Positions 1-9,452 of a DNA stretch of 39,962 nucleotides are shown piece by piece (the stretch's first letter is position 1; the number at the start of each line of letters is the position of its first letter). This stretch comes from Thermostichus sp. DRC_bins_24 (GTDB lineage: Bacteria > Cyanobacteriota > Cyanobacteriia > Thermostichales > Thermostichaceae), in the NCBI GenBank assembly GCA_039794845.1, contig JAUQVK010000041.1:1-39962 (forward strand). The letters run 5' to 3'. A program made the translations under genes and the position numbers. Below the pieces are notes generated by a model, which saw only the letters and a program-made list of their open reading frames with translations, was not told where the DNA came from and did no database searches.

Positions 1-215
1 GAAGAATAAGAGAAGAAGAAGACAAGATCTAGAGAAGAAGAATCTAGGTAGCGAGGAGTTCAGGAACAATCCGAGGTGGGAAGCGGGAAAGAGTTGGAAG
101 AGCCAGAAGTTAACTTCATCCCGATGGTCTTGGATGTCTACCTCAATTCTGTTCTCCTCTGCCTAGAGTGACGAAAGAGGTGTCGAAAGAAGTGTACAGT
201 CACTCCAAACAGGAG

Positions 216-294
216 CGATACACTTTTTGACTTCCCTTTCCCACTCTGGGAGAGGGGTTACAGCCGGTGCCACGCTGCACGAAGGGGGCGAGGG
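216..294. repeat. 79-bp dispersed repeat, copy 1 (pyrimidine/purine hairpin, REP-like)
   Basis: Ungapped match to 9752-9830 with 9 mismatches in 79 by manual alignment. Contains an imperfect CCCTTTCCCA/TGGGAGAGGG stem and lies ~20 bp past the bolA stop. Confidence 0.85.
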
Positions 295-313
295 TAAGTG
301 TTGCAAGCTCAAT

Positions 314-583
314 TCAAAGGGCTATGGAGCCCGACCGGTGCAGTTGTTCCCATTGGGCGGGGGTAAAGGTGCGCAGGGCCAAAGCGTGTAGGCGGCCATC
401 CTGAAGGTGAGCCTTGAGCGCATCGTTCACCAGCCGGTGCTGCTTGATCATGGTCAGGCCCTGGAATTGTTCGGCCACCACAATTGCCTGAAAATGGTTG
501 CCATCGCCAACGGTGTCTTCCACCTGTACCTTTGCGCCGGGTAGGGCCGCGCGCACCAATGCCTCGATCTCCCGTGGATCCAT
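314..583 (-). CDS. bolA: BolA family protein
   Basis: 89 aa with GDGNHFQAIVVAEQFQG, KQHRLVNDAL and LHALALRTFTP motifs typical of BolA/IbaG. Confidence 0.93.
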   Translation of the reverse strand: MDPREIEALVRAALPGAKVQVEDTVGDGNHFQAIVVAEQFQGLTMIKQHRLVNDALKAHLQDGRLHALALRTFTPAQWEQLHRSGSIAL

Positions 584-668
584 GTGCTGTTGTCCTGTTG
601 AGGTTCCGAGGATCCGCTCAGGATCCCCTATTTACCCTAGACGCATTTTGAGAAAAACGGGATCCCGG

Positions 669-1631
669 CTAAGACGTGGCCAGGCTGGGGTGGCTCAAGA
701 CCAGCACCTCTGCGATGCGACCCCGTTTGCTCCCCCGGGAGTTGATGGCGCGGCTGGCGGAGATGGTTTGGATGGAGTAACCCTGGTACAGTTTCCGCAC
801 AAAGGGGCAATCGGAATTGGAGAGCATCACCTGTACCCCCTGGCTGGCCAACGTAACAAACACCTCCCGCAAACGAATCTGCTCCGGCTCGCCAAAGGCA
901 AAGCGGCTGTAGGCGGTAAAGCTGCTGCTGGCAGAAAGGGGATGATAAGGCGGATCCAAATAGACGAAATCTCCCGGCTGAGCTCGTTCTACAACCTGCC
1001 AAAAAGGCTGCACAGAAATTTCGGTTCCCTGCAAGACCCGGGCTGCAGCCCGCAAGTTCTCGGCATCACAAATGCGGGGGTTGCGGTAGCGCCCCAGCGG
1101 TACATTAAATTCCCCACGGGAGTTCTCCCGGTAGAGGCCGTTGAAACAGGTTTTGTTGAGGTAAAGCAGGCGAGCGGCCCGCCACAAGGGATCCTCCGAA
1201 TGAGCGGCGCGAATCGTGTAGTAGTAGTCTCGGCTATGGTGGGCTTGATGTAGGGTAAGTTGAGCAATCAACTCCTCCACCCGATCCCGCACGCAGCAGT
1301 AAACGTTCACCAGTTCAGGATTGATATCCGACAATCTGTAGGCCGGATTCTGGCGGGCTTGGCCCCCAACAGAGAAGTTCCAGGAACCAAGGCTCCCCCT
1401 ATCCCGCTGAGCAAGGTGAAAATAGACCGCTCCACCGCCCAAAAACGGCTCATGATAGGTGCCCCACTCGTGGGGGAAAAAGGACTCGTACTGGCTCAGC
1501 AGCTGCCCTTTACCCCCTGCCCATTTCAGGAAGGGGCGGGCTTTGCCGGATCTTGTCGGCGGGGTGGTTGAAGTCGGTCCGCCGGGCTCTGCAGGATTCT
1601 GGGGGTGTGGCCCAACCTGTACGCCCCTCAT
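669..1631 (-). CDS. dam: Dam-family (D12 class) DNA adenine methyltransferase, probably GATC-specific
   Basis: Motifs PFLKWAGGK, EPFLGGGAV, CFNGLYRENSRGEFNVP and VYLDPPY. Start placed at ATG 1631, which overlaps the upstream stop as ATGA. Confidence 0.92.
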   Translation of the reverse strand: MRGVQVGPHPQNPAEPGGPTSTTPPTRSGKARPFLKWAGGKGQLLSQYESFFPHEWGTYHEPFLGGGAVYFHLAQRDRGSLGSWNFSVGGQARQNPAYRLSDINPELVNVYCCVRDRVEELIAQLTLHQAHHSRDYYYTIRAAHSEDPLWRAARLLYLNKTCFNGLYRENSRGEFNVPLGRYRNPRICDAENLRAAARVLQGTEISVQPFWQVVERAQPGDFVYLDPPYHPLSASSSFTAYSRFAFGEPEQIRLREVFVTLASQGVQVMLSNSDCPFVRKLYQGYSIQTISASRAINSRGSKRGRIAEVLVLSHPSLATS

Positions 1632-3406
1632 CGATGGTTCGGCCCCTCTTCGAGCAGCTCCTCTAGGGTTTCGATCCAATGCTCTAACTCCTCCAACGCC
1701 TGCAACACCCCATCTGCATCGGTCAAATCCACCTGTAACATCTGGGCTGATTCTTCCAGCGTCAGGGATCCGGGTGGGCTAGCCAGCCAATTCAGATAGC
1801 GGGGCAGAAAGTCACGGGGGGAGAGTTGGTAGCGACGGTAGCAGGCCAAGGCCACCAGGCTAGAAAGGCTCGCCTGATGGGCGCTGAAGGGTCGAAGAAA
1901 TAACTCTGGGATCCCAACCCAATCGAACTGGTGTTCGGGCAACAATTCCACCGCATCTCCACACAGCTCTTGATACAGCTTCAACCACTCCTCGCTCACC
2001 CAAAAGGGGTAGGTTTCGCCGTTCTCCAATTCTGGGATCCCTGGCCGATAGAGGATCCCTTCCAGCCGGCTGATCAAGCTCTGACAAAACACCGCCTGCA
2101 ACTGGGCTTCCAGATAGTGAATCAGCACCGCCTGTGCCAGGGCCAACTGTTGGTGGCTCAAGCGTTCGCGCCAGCGCGGGGATCCTGACGGCAACAGGTG
2201 ATCCAGCACCAGCAACTGTAGAAACGCGCTGTGAAACTGTACCAAGGCCGAAGGTTGTGGATCCCCCAGCAGATCCTCCAAATCCGGCCAAACGAGGGGA
2301 TCCTCAGGCCGTAGACCACAACTGACGGCATTAAGCACTTTCAACAGGGGCCGGCCAACCGCCAGTTCCTCTGGTTCCTGTTCTGCCTCTTCATTGCCCA
2401 TGTCTGCTAGCCAGGGTTTGGCCTGGGTGGCACACTCGGGGCAAAAGTCCTGCAAAGTAGCCCAGATCAGGGCGGCGGCGGCGGCAGCAGTCAGGGGTGG
2501 GGCCGGATCTTCCCAAGGGGCGTGCAAGTCACAAATGCGGATGGAACGCCCCATTTCTCGGCTTTTCAAGCGGTAATAGCGTTGGAACAGATCAAACCGA
2601 TCCCAGATCCCCTCCATCAGGTTCTCAAAAGCAGTCTGGGTAAGGCCGTAGCGAGCCAGATACCGCTCAGCGGCAGAATCGTAGCCGCGCCATTGGGCTT
2701 CCCACAGCTGATCTCGTACCAGGGTGCTGAGGATAAAACCACAGAGATCGGCATGGGCTTCCAGGTGCTGGCACCGCCGTTGGTAGGCGGCCAAGCGGAT
2801 CTCAGCGCTGGGATGAGTCTGTAGGCGCTGCAATTGGGCGTTCGCGTCAGCGCGCCCTTGGCCCATGGTGTCGGCACTTGCCTGGTCGGTATTGGTGAGG
2901 TGGTGCCGTTCGGAAACCCTGAGGGCAAACTGCCACAGCTGTCTCCAGGCCAAACGCCCGGTCAGATGGTGTTGGTTAAGCAGCCGTTCTAGGGGTTCGG
3001 GCTGCCGGTGGTCCCGTTGCCGGAGCAGGCGGGATAAGTGCAGGCGAAACCGGAGCAACTCTGGCTCGGCACAGTGATCCGTGAGGCGGTCGATGGGCAA
3101 GGCTTGCAGTTCTAGGGGGAAAAACAGCAGCTGGTTTTGCAGGGTGATGGCCTGCTCCAGCCTTTCCCAACTTCCAGGCCTGTCTGCGGGAGCCATTGCC
3201 GTCAGGATCCCTTGCAACCCTTGCGTGAGCCGGGCCAACTCCGCCAGCGCCACCGCCAACTCTGTCGGACTCAACTGAGAGATCTGCCCACGGTAGCGAT
3301 GACCAAATTGCTCCACTTGGTCTGCCAGACCCCGGAACTCTGAGTTATGCTCCTCCCCAGAGCTGGGAGAAAAACTGAAGATGGGTTCAGATGCAGGAGA
3401 TGCCAC
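1628..3406 (-). CDS. M3B oligoendopeptidase F-like protein lacking catalytic motifs (probable pseudo-peptidase)
   Basis: 592 aa with PepF-like blocks (RGYDSA, DLFQRYYRLK, DLHAP, C-terminal FLPRYL...VDLTD). No HExxH anywhere in the translation. Confidence 0.75.
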   Translation of the reverse strand: MASPASEPIFSFSPSSGEEHNSEFRGLADQVEQFGHRYRGQISQLSPTELAVALAELARLTQGLQGILTAMAPADRPGSWERLEQAITLQNQLLFFPLELQALPIDRLTDHCAEPELLRFRLHLSRLLRQRDHRQPEPLERLLNQHHLTGRLAWRQLWQFALRVSERHHLTNTDQASADTMGQGRADANAQLQRLQTHPSAEIRLAAYQRRCQHLEAHADLCGFILSTLVRDQLWEAQWRGYDSAAERYLARYGLTQTAFENLMEGIWDRFDLFQRYYRLKSREMGRSIRICDLHAPWEDPAPPLTAAAAAALIWATLQDFCPECATQAKPWLADMGNEEAEQEPEELAVGRPLLKVLNAVSCGLRPEDPLVWPDLEDLLGDPQPSALVQFHSAFLQLLVLDHLLPSGSPRWRERLSHQQLALAQAVLIHYLEAQLQAVFCQSLISRLEGILYRPGIPELENGETYPFWVSEEWLKLYQELCGDAVELLPEHQFDWVGIPELFLRPFSAHQASLSSLVALACYRRYQLSPRDFLPRYLNWLASPPGSLTLEESAQMLQVDLTDADGVLQALEELEHWIETLEELLEEGPNHR

Positions 3407-3411
3407 CGGGA

Positions 3412-6400
3412 TTAGCCTCCACAGGTGGGGGTTTGCCCCTTAGCTGAGGTTGGGGTAGGATGATAGGCTAGCCTCTCGCCTTCCACCAAAGCGCGAATGG
3501 TGTTGAGAAAATCTTGATTCGAGGTGCGGGTCTTGACCAAGGTAGCCTGGATCCCTTCTTCTAGGAGGTCGGAGCCGATATCTTGGGCGGAAAACACCAC
3601 GACGGGGGTTGTGCTGACCGAGCGCAGCAGCGGCAACAGATCCAAACCGGAGCCATCCGGCAAATCCAAATCCAGAATCACCAGTTGAAAGGGTTGGGTC
3701 TGCAAGAGCTGGCGTGCCTCCTCCAGGGTGCGGGCATGAACAAGCTCAGCCGTATCCTGCAAAAGCCGAGCCACTACCTGCAAGATATCGGGATCATCCT
3801 CCACGTGCAAAATCTGGGGGCGGGGCCGCTCGCTTGGAGATGCTGCCTGCTGGACTGCCGCCATCAACCGCTCTTGGTCGATGGGTTTGTTCAACCACGC
3901 GATCAATTTGGTGGGGTATTCTGCCATCACCGACAATGTCTCTGTCGTGCGGGTCAGTGGGCTGGAGCCCTCAGGCCATTTCGAGGAGCGTTTCATCCAC
4001 TCTGCCTGTCGCCGTTGCTCCGCTGTTGCCGACACTACCACAATCGGCAGACTGCCCAACCCCTGCATTTGCTGCAGGTCCTCCACCAAAGACAGGCCAT
4101 CCTGATCCGGCAGCGACAAATCGAGGGTCATGGCGGCGTAACGCCGCTGTTGCAACCGATGCTTAGCGTCGGCAGCCGTGAGGGCAACATCGCTCTGGAA
4201 TCCTCCTTGCTTGAGGATGAGCTGTAAGAGCATGGCGATGTCGGGATCATCTTCGCACACCAGTATGGTGGTTCCATGGGCGGGTTCTGGGGCTGTTGGG
4301 GCAAAGATGGGCTGCCACTGGGGCAGGGTGAAGAAAAAGGTGGTGCCCGGCTGATCCGGTTCTGAGGCAAAACCGATGGTGCCGCCAAACCGCTCCACAA
4401 TCGCCTTGCTAATGCTCAAGCCCAGGCCTGTACCCCCTTTTTGCCGCGTATCGGAGGAATCGGCCTGGGCGAACTTTTGGAAGATACGGGAACGAAACTC
4501 CTCCGGGATCCCTGGCCCCCGATCCTGCACACAGACGCGGATCCCTTCTTGAACCTGTTCTGCCCAAACGCGCACCGTCTGCCCCGGCGGAGAGAACTTG
4601 GCGGCGTTGGAGAGCAAGTTGTTCATCACCTGCATCAGCCGATTGGGATCCACATTCACCTGTACCGCCATCAGAGGGATCCCTGAGGTGGAATGTAGGG
4701 TGGGTTCTAGCACCAAGTCCACCTCAAACTGAGCGGCATAGGCCCGGTTGGCCTCAATGGCCTGCTGCAACAAAGCCATCAGCTCAACGGGGTGAATCTC
4801 GAAGTACATCTTGCCCGACTCGATTTTTTCAATGTCGAGGATGTCGTTGATCAACATTACCAGCCGTTCGCTGTTTTTGAAGGCAATCTCCACCAAAGAC
4901 CGCACCTGGGGCGGTAACTCCCCACTCACCCCGCTGCTGATTAACCCGAGGGCGCCGCGAATCGAGGTGAGGGGGGTACGTAGCTCATGGCTGACGGTGG
5001 AGACAAATTCGTTTTTCAGCCGCTCTATTTTCTTGCGCTCGGTGATGTCGCGGTGGCTCCACACACATCCCGAAATGTGGGTGGGGTTGGCAGCGGTTTC
5101 TCCCAACTGGCGGGGTTTGCTATAGCACTCGAAGACCCGTCCATCTTTAAGCTCCACCAGGTCATAGCCTTCCTGTTGGCGGTGCAAGTGGTAACGAATA
5201 CGGCGTAAAAAGCGCAGCGGATGGCAAGTGCGGCGGGCCAGACGGCGCAGGCGTTGGCTGGGGGAGAGGCTCATCAATTCGGTGTAGGTGAGGCCCCACA
5301 AATCCAGGAAGCGCTGGTTGTAGCTGAGCACCGCCCCTTTCAGATCAAAGGCGAGGATCCCATCGGCGGTGGAGTCGAGGGTGGCTTGCAGCAGCGACAG
5401 AGACCGTTCTAGCTCTTGCTCTGCTTTTTTGCGCTCCGTAATGTCTTCAAAGGTGCCCTCGTAGTAAAGCACTTTTCCCGATTCATCCCGTACCACCCGA
5501 GCATTTTCTCGCACCGTAATGCGGCTGCCATCACGGCAGAAATATTCGATCTCTAGGCCCCGAATTTCCCCGGCACTTTCCAATTGACGTTTGAAATCGG
5601 CTCGAGAAAAATCCGGCGGATAGTGGCTGTCTTCTTCTAGGTTCCAGGCCATCATCTCTTCATAAGAGTTGCACTTCATCATGCGCACAATGGCGGGATT
5701 GGCCAGAATGGTTTTGCCCTCGGGAGTGGTGCGGTAGACGCCGATGGGGGTATTTTCAAACAACGACCGATAGCGAATTTCGCTTTCTCGTAGGGCTTGT
5801 TCGACTTTCTTGCGCTCCGTGATGTCTTCTACAAAGCCTTCGTAGTAGAGGATCTGTCCCTGGGGATCCCGGACGGCGCGGGCATTTTCGGAGATCCAGA
5901 TGATGCTGCCATCTTTGCGGTAGACCTGGGACTCGAAACGGCTGATGCTGCCCACAGTCTCTAGCTCCCGCACGAAGGCTTGCCGACGTCGGGGATCCAC
6001 ATAAAGGCGATGCTCAATGTCGGTGAGCTCGCGGATCAGCTCTTCCGGGCTGTCATAGCCGTAGATGCGGGCCAAGGCAGGGTTGGCGCTCAGGTAGTTG
6101 CCGGCAGGGGTGGTTTGGAAGATCCCCTCTAGGGAGTTTTCGTAGATGCTGCGATACTTTTCTTCCGCTTGGCGCAGGGCCTCTTCTGCCTGTTTACGCT
6201 GCATGACGGATCCCAGCTGCATGGCAGCTGCTTTCACCAAATTCACCAACCGCTGCTCTTGGGGCCTGGCCCGCACCAAGTAAAAAACCAACACCGCCAC
6301 CACTTCCTCGTCCGCCAGAATCGGCACGCCAAAACAGGCCCTCAACCCCGCCTGCTGGGCCAGTTCTCCCCGACGAAACTCTGTGCCGGAGAGCTGGGTG

Positions 6401-8073
6401 ACATCTTCATGCCAAACGGAGCGCCGCTCCAACCACATCTGGCCGGGTAGCCCCTCCCCCAACCCAAAGCGGTAGGAAGCGCTGCCCTGATGAAACCGGA
6501 GTAACGCCTCGCCTTGGTCGTACCAAGCGGCCCCCCTCACCAAGTGCTCCCCCTGCGGGATCCAGGCCTCCCCCAAGTCCCAGCCGGTGACCACGCACAC
6601 CTGCCGCAACATCACCTGTAGAGCGGACTGAAAATCGGCGGCTTCACTGATCGCTTGCGTCAAACTTTGCAGCAGTTGCAACTCTTGTTCGGCCCGCTTG
6701 CGTTCGTGGATGTCCTGCACCATGGAAAAGGTGAACTGCGGTTTGCCCGCGGCATCCCGCACCAGAGAAACGGTGATATCCACCCAGATCGGATCCCCGC
6801 CTTTGCGCAGGTAGCGTTTTTCGATGCGAAAGGAATCCCGCTTGCCCTCCAACATCTCCCGGTTGAGCGTGACATCCTTGTCCAGGTCCTCGGGGTGGGT
6901 GATATCCATGAAGGTAAGCTGATTGAGCTCCTCGGAGGTGTAACCCAGCATGGAGACATAAGCTTCGTTGTGAGCGATCAGACGGCCCTGGGTATCTGCC
7001 ACCCCAATGCCAATGGCTGCTTGCCGAAACATGGCCCGGAATAGGTTCTGGCTTTCTCGCAAGGCGCTAGTGGTTTCCTGCCGCTCCACCTCCCATTGCT
7101 GCTGACTGTGGGAAAGGCGATACTCTGCCTGCTGTCGTTCTAGGGTGAGCGATAAAGAGGTGGCTGCCGCCCGCAGCAGATGGATCTCCGCCTCCGACCA
7201 CAGGTAGGGCTGTTGGCAGTGATCGAAGCCGATTAACCCAAAAAATTGCCCCTCTACGAACAACGGCAGGAGCAAAATGGAGAGGATCCCCTGCGGTTCT
7301 AGGTAGTAACGTTCTGCTTCCCCCATTTGGCTGACCAGCCCCGAAATGGCTTCTCCGGTCGCCAGCCGCTCTGGCCAATCGGGGGCAAATTGATCGTAGG
7401 GGAGATTTTGCAAGAGGGGGTTGTCGATCTGAGGTGAGATCCCAGCTTGGCACCATTCGGCTTTTTGGCTAAGCAGGAGGCGCTGCGGGTTTTGGGGATC
7501 CCTGTGGTTTTCAAAGACGTAGACGCGGCTGGCTCCGCAGGCGCTGGCCAAGGGTTCAAGCACCGCATTGTAAATCTGTTGGCGACCGGTGCTTTTGAGA
7601 TGGAGCAGGCGCTGGTGTACCTCAACGAGGGTGGCTAGGTAACGGTGCTGGGTGGAGGGTGCTGCTTCTGACGGGATCCCAACCGTAGCCTTTGTCAAAG
7701 GGTTTGGGTTGGCCGCAGGGCGGGCGAATCCGATCAAAACTCCTGCCGGTGTTGCCGGGGATCCCTTCCAACAGAAGGATTGATAGCTGCCCCGACGGTG
7801 CCGAAAACGGAGGGTTAAGGGGGGGACGGGTTCACCGCGATGGACTTGTTCTAACCACGCTTGAAAATGAGGGCGGTCTTGGGGATGGAGATACTCCAGA
7901 CAAGGTTGACCGCTCAACTCAGTGGGCTTGTATCCGAGGCAGGCTTCCCAATCGCCACTCAACGGCCCCAGACTCCCATCCGATCCCAGCACGTAAAAAA
8001 GCTCTGGCTCAGAAGAGGATCCCATTGCGGGGGGGGATAAATCCATGGGGGAGGAAACCGCAAGACTTTTCAT
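3412..8073 (-). CDS. Multi-sensor hybrid histidine kinase (PAS-GAF-PAS-GAF-PAS-PAS-PAS-HisKA-HATPase-REC-REC)
   Basis: 1553 aa with repeated PAS/PAC ends (EDITERK), H-box VSHELRTPL, N-box NLLSNAAKF, G-box GTGLGL and two receiver domains (EDD...LDL.LPD). Confidence 0.93.
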   Translation of the reverse strand: MKSLAVSSPMDLSPPAMGSSSEPELFYVLGSDGSLGPLSGDWEACLGYKPTELSGQPCLEYLHPQDRPHFQAWLEQVHRGEPVPPLTLRFRHRRGSYQSFCWKGSPATPAGVLIGFARPAANPNPLTKATVGIPSEAAPSTQHRYLATLVEVHQRLLHLKSTGRQQIYNAVLEPLASACGASRVYVFENHRDPQNPQRLLLSQKAEWCQAGISPQIDNPLLQNLPYDQFAPDWPERLATGEAISGLVSQMGEAERYYLEPQGILSILLLPLFVEGQFFGLIGFDHCQQPYLWSEAEIHLLRAAATSLSLTLERQQAEYRLSHSQQQWEVERQETTSALRESQNLFRAMFRQAAIGIGVADTQGRLIAHNEAYVSMLGYTSEELNQLTFMDITHPEDLDKDVTLNREMLEGKRDSFRIEKRYLRKGGDPIWVDITVSLVRDAAGKPQFTFSMVQDIHERKRAEQELQLLQSLTQAISEAADFQSALQVMLRQVCVVTGWDLGEAWIPQGEHLVRGAAWYDQGEALLRFHQGSASYRFGLGEGLPGQMWLERRSVWHEDVTQLSGTEFRRGELAQQAGLRACFGVPILADEEVVAVLVFYLVRARPQEQRLVNLVKAAAMQLGSVMQRKQAEEALRQAEEKYRSIYENSLEGIFQTTPAGNYLSANPALARIYGYDSPEELIRELTDIEHRLYVDPRRRQAFVRELETVGSISRFESQVYRKDGSIIWISENARAVRDPQGQILYYEGFVEDITERKKVEQALRESEIRYRSLFENTPIGVYRTTPEGKTILANPAIVRMMKCNSYEEMMAWNLEEDSHYPPDFSRADFKRQLESAGEIRGLEIEYFCRDGSRITVRENARVVRDESGKVLYYEGTFEDITERKKAEQELERSLSLLQATLDSTADGILAFDLKGAVLSYNQRFLDLWGLTYTELMSLSPSQRLRRLARRTCHPLRFLRRIRYHLHRQQEGYDLVELKDGRVFECYSKPRQLGETAANPTHISGCVWSHRDITERKKIERLKNEFVSTVSHELRTPLTSIRGALGLISSGVSGELPPQVRSLVEIAFKNSERLVMLINDILDIEKIESGKMYFEIHPVELMALLQQAIEANRAYAAQFEVDLVLEPTLHSTSGIPLMAVQVNVDPNRLMQVMNNLLSNAAKFSPPGQTVRVWAEQVQEGIRVCVQDRGPGIPEEFRSRIFQKFAQADSSDTRQKGGTGLGLSISKAIVERFGGTIGFASEPDQPGTTFFFTLPQWQPIFAPTAPEPAHGTTILVCEDDPDIAMLLQLILKQGGFQSDVALTAADAKHRLQQRRYAAMTLDLSLPDQDGLSLVEDLQQMQGLGSLPIVVVSATAEQRRQAEWMKRSSKWPEGSSPLTRTTETLSVMAEYPTKLIAWLNKPIDQERLMAAVQQAASPSERPRPQILHVEDDPDILQVVARLLQDTAELVHARTLEEARQLLQTQPFQLVILDLDLPDGSGLDLLPLLRSVSTTPVVVFSAQDIGSDLLEEGIQATLVKTRTSNQDFLNTIRALVEGERLAYHPTPTSAKGQTPTCGG

Positions 8074-8100
8074 GATTGTGACACTTATGATTGTGACACT
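8072..8100. repeat. Tandem duplication ATGATTGTGACACT x2 at the kinase start
   Basis: Identical 14-mers at 8072-8085 and 8087-8100. Confidence 0.9.
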
Positions 8101-8192
8101 CTCCTTTCAGGAATGCAGCTCCGACCCCTTTTGCGTTCGGAATGGAGCAATACAGATGGCTCCATTCCCCCTTGAAAAACCCACACTGCTTC

Positions 8193-8218
8193 TGTAGCAT
8201 AAATAATACAAGTATAAT
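8193..8218 (+). promoter_or_regulatory. Putative rtcB promoter: TGTA-N10-TACA palindrome followed by a consensus -10 box
   Basis: TGTAGCATAAATAATACA at 8193-8210 and TATAAT at 8213-8218. RBS AAGGAGG lies ~8 nt before ATG 8271. Confidence 0.55.
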
Positions 8219-8270
8219 ACAAGCAGAGATGGCTCCCGGCTGCTCTTGTTCGGGAAAGGAGGCGGATGTC

Positions 8271-9452
8271 ATGCCCTATGAACAACTCAACCTCTCTGGA
8301 CCGGCACCTGTGCTTTCTTGGGCCCATCATGCCCTTGGGCCAGAAGAGACCCAGATGGCGAAAAATGTAGCCGCTTTGCCCTTTGTGTTTAAGCACGTCG
8401 CCCTCATGCCAGATGTGCATTTGGGGAAAGGGGCTTTGGTGGGATCCGTCTTGGCCACCCAAAGGGCGATCATTCCCGCTGCGGTGGGGGTGGATATTGG
8501 CTGCGGCATGTGCGCCATCAAAACCCCCTTCAAGGCTGTGCAACTGGAGGGCAAGCTGAAGTCAATCCGCAAGGACATCGAAGCGGCGATTCCGGTGGGC
8601 TTTGCCGACAACAGAGAAGTGGACAAGGCGGTCAGCAACTGGCAGGGATGGCGGAGCTTCCAAGATCTGCACCCTGGGGTACAGGATCTGAAGCGTAAGG
8701 CCATGCACCAACTGGGATCCCTTGGGGGTGGCAACCACTTCATCGAGGTGTGTCTGGATACCGAGGAACAGGTGTGGCTGATGCTGCACTCTGGATCCCG
8801 CAATATCGGCAATAAGTTGGCCGAACGACACATCAGCACCGCCAAACATCTGGCTCAGTTGGCCGGCACCTCCTTACCCGACAAGGATCTGGCCCATTTT
8901 GTCGAAGGTACCCCAGAATTTGCGGCCTACTGGCATGATTTGCAGTGGGCGCAAGAGTACGCGCGGGCCAACCGAGAGGTGATGATGGCTCGCTTCCAGC
9001 GGATCGTCGAGAAGCACTTGGCTGGGGGGAAACCCAGTCAGCCGCTGCTATCGGTGAACTGTCACCACAACTACGCCGAGAAGGAAACCCACTACGGCCA
9101 AGAGGTGTATGTCACCCGCAAGGGCGCTGTACGAGCCCGCACAACCGACTATGGGATTATCCCCGGCTCGATGGGGGCCAAGTCTTTCATTGTTAAGGGC
9201 AAAGGCAACCCGGAAAGCTACTGCTCCTGTTCCCACGGGGCAGGACGCCTGATGTCTCGCAGCAAGGCCAAGGGCATCTACAGCCTGGATGACCTGATCC
9301 AGCAAACGGCCGGGGTGGAGTGTCGCAAGGATGAGGGGATTTTGGACGAGATCCCGGCAGCCTACAAGCCGATTGAGCAGGTGATGGCCAGTCAGGCCGA
9401 CTTGGTGGAGGTGGTGGCCACCCTGAAGCAGGTGATCTGTGTGAAGGGTTGA
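8271..9452 (+). CDS. rtcB: RtcB family RNA ligase (3'-phosphate/5'-OH)
   Basis: Motifs MPDVHLGKG, VGVDIGCG, GSLGGGNHFIE, HSGSR, HHNY, PGSMG, SHGAGR and DEIPAAYK. Start moved to ATG 8271 behind AAGGAGG. Confidence 0.96.
   Translation: MPYEQLNLSGPAPVLSWAHHALGPEETQMAKNVAALPFVFKHVALMPDVHLGKGALVGSVLATQRAIIPAAVGVDIGCGMCAIKTPFKAVQLEGKLKSIRKDIEAAIPVGFADNREVDKAVSNWQGWRSFQDLHPGVQDLKRKAMHQLGSLGGGNHFIEVCLDTEEQVWLMLHSGSRNIGNKLAERHISTAKHLAQLAGTSLPDKDLAHFVEGTPEFAAYWHDLQWAQEYARANREVMMARFQRIVEKHLAGGKPSQPLLSVNCHHNYAEKETHYGQEVYVTRKGAVRARTTDYGIIPGSMGAKSFIVKGKGNPESYCSCSHGAGRLMSRSKAKGIYSLDDLIQQTAGVECRKDEGILDEIPAAYKPIEQVMASQADLVEVVATLKQVICVKG

Noticed and set aside
8142..8270. N-terminal extensions given by the ORF track (rtcB; also ycf34, sat, parA-like, glgC and HNH)
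   Set aside because: The extensions cover promoter or RBS sequence, and family homology starts at the downstream ATGs.
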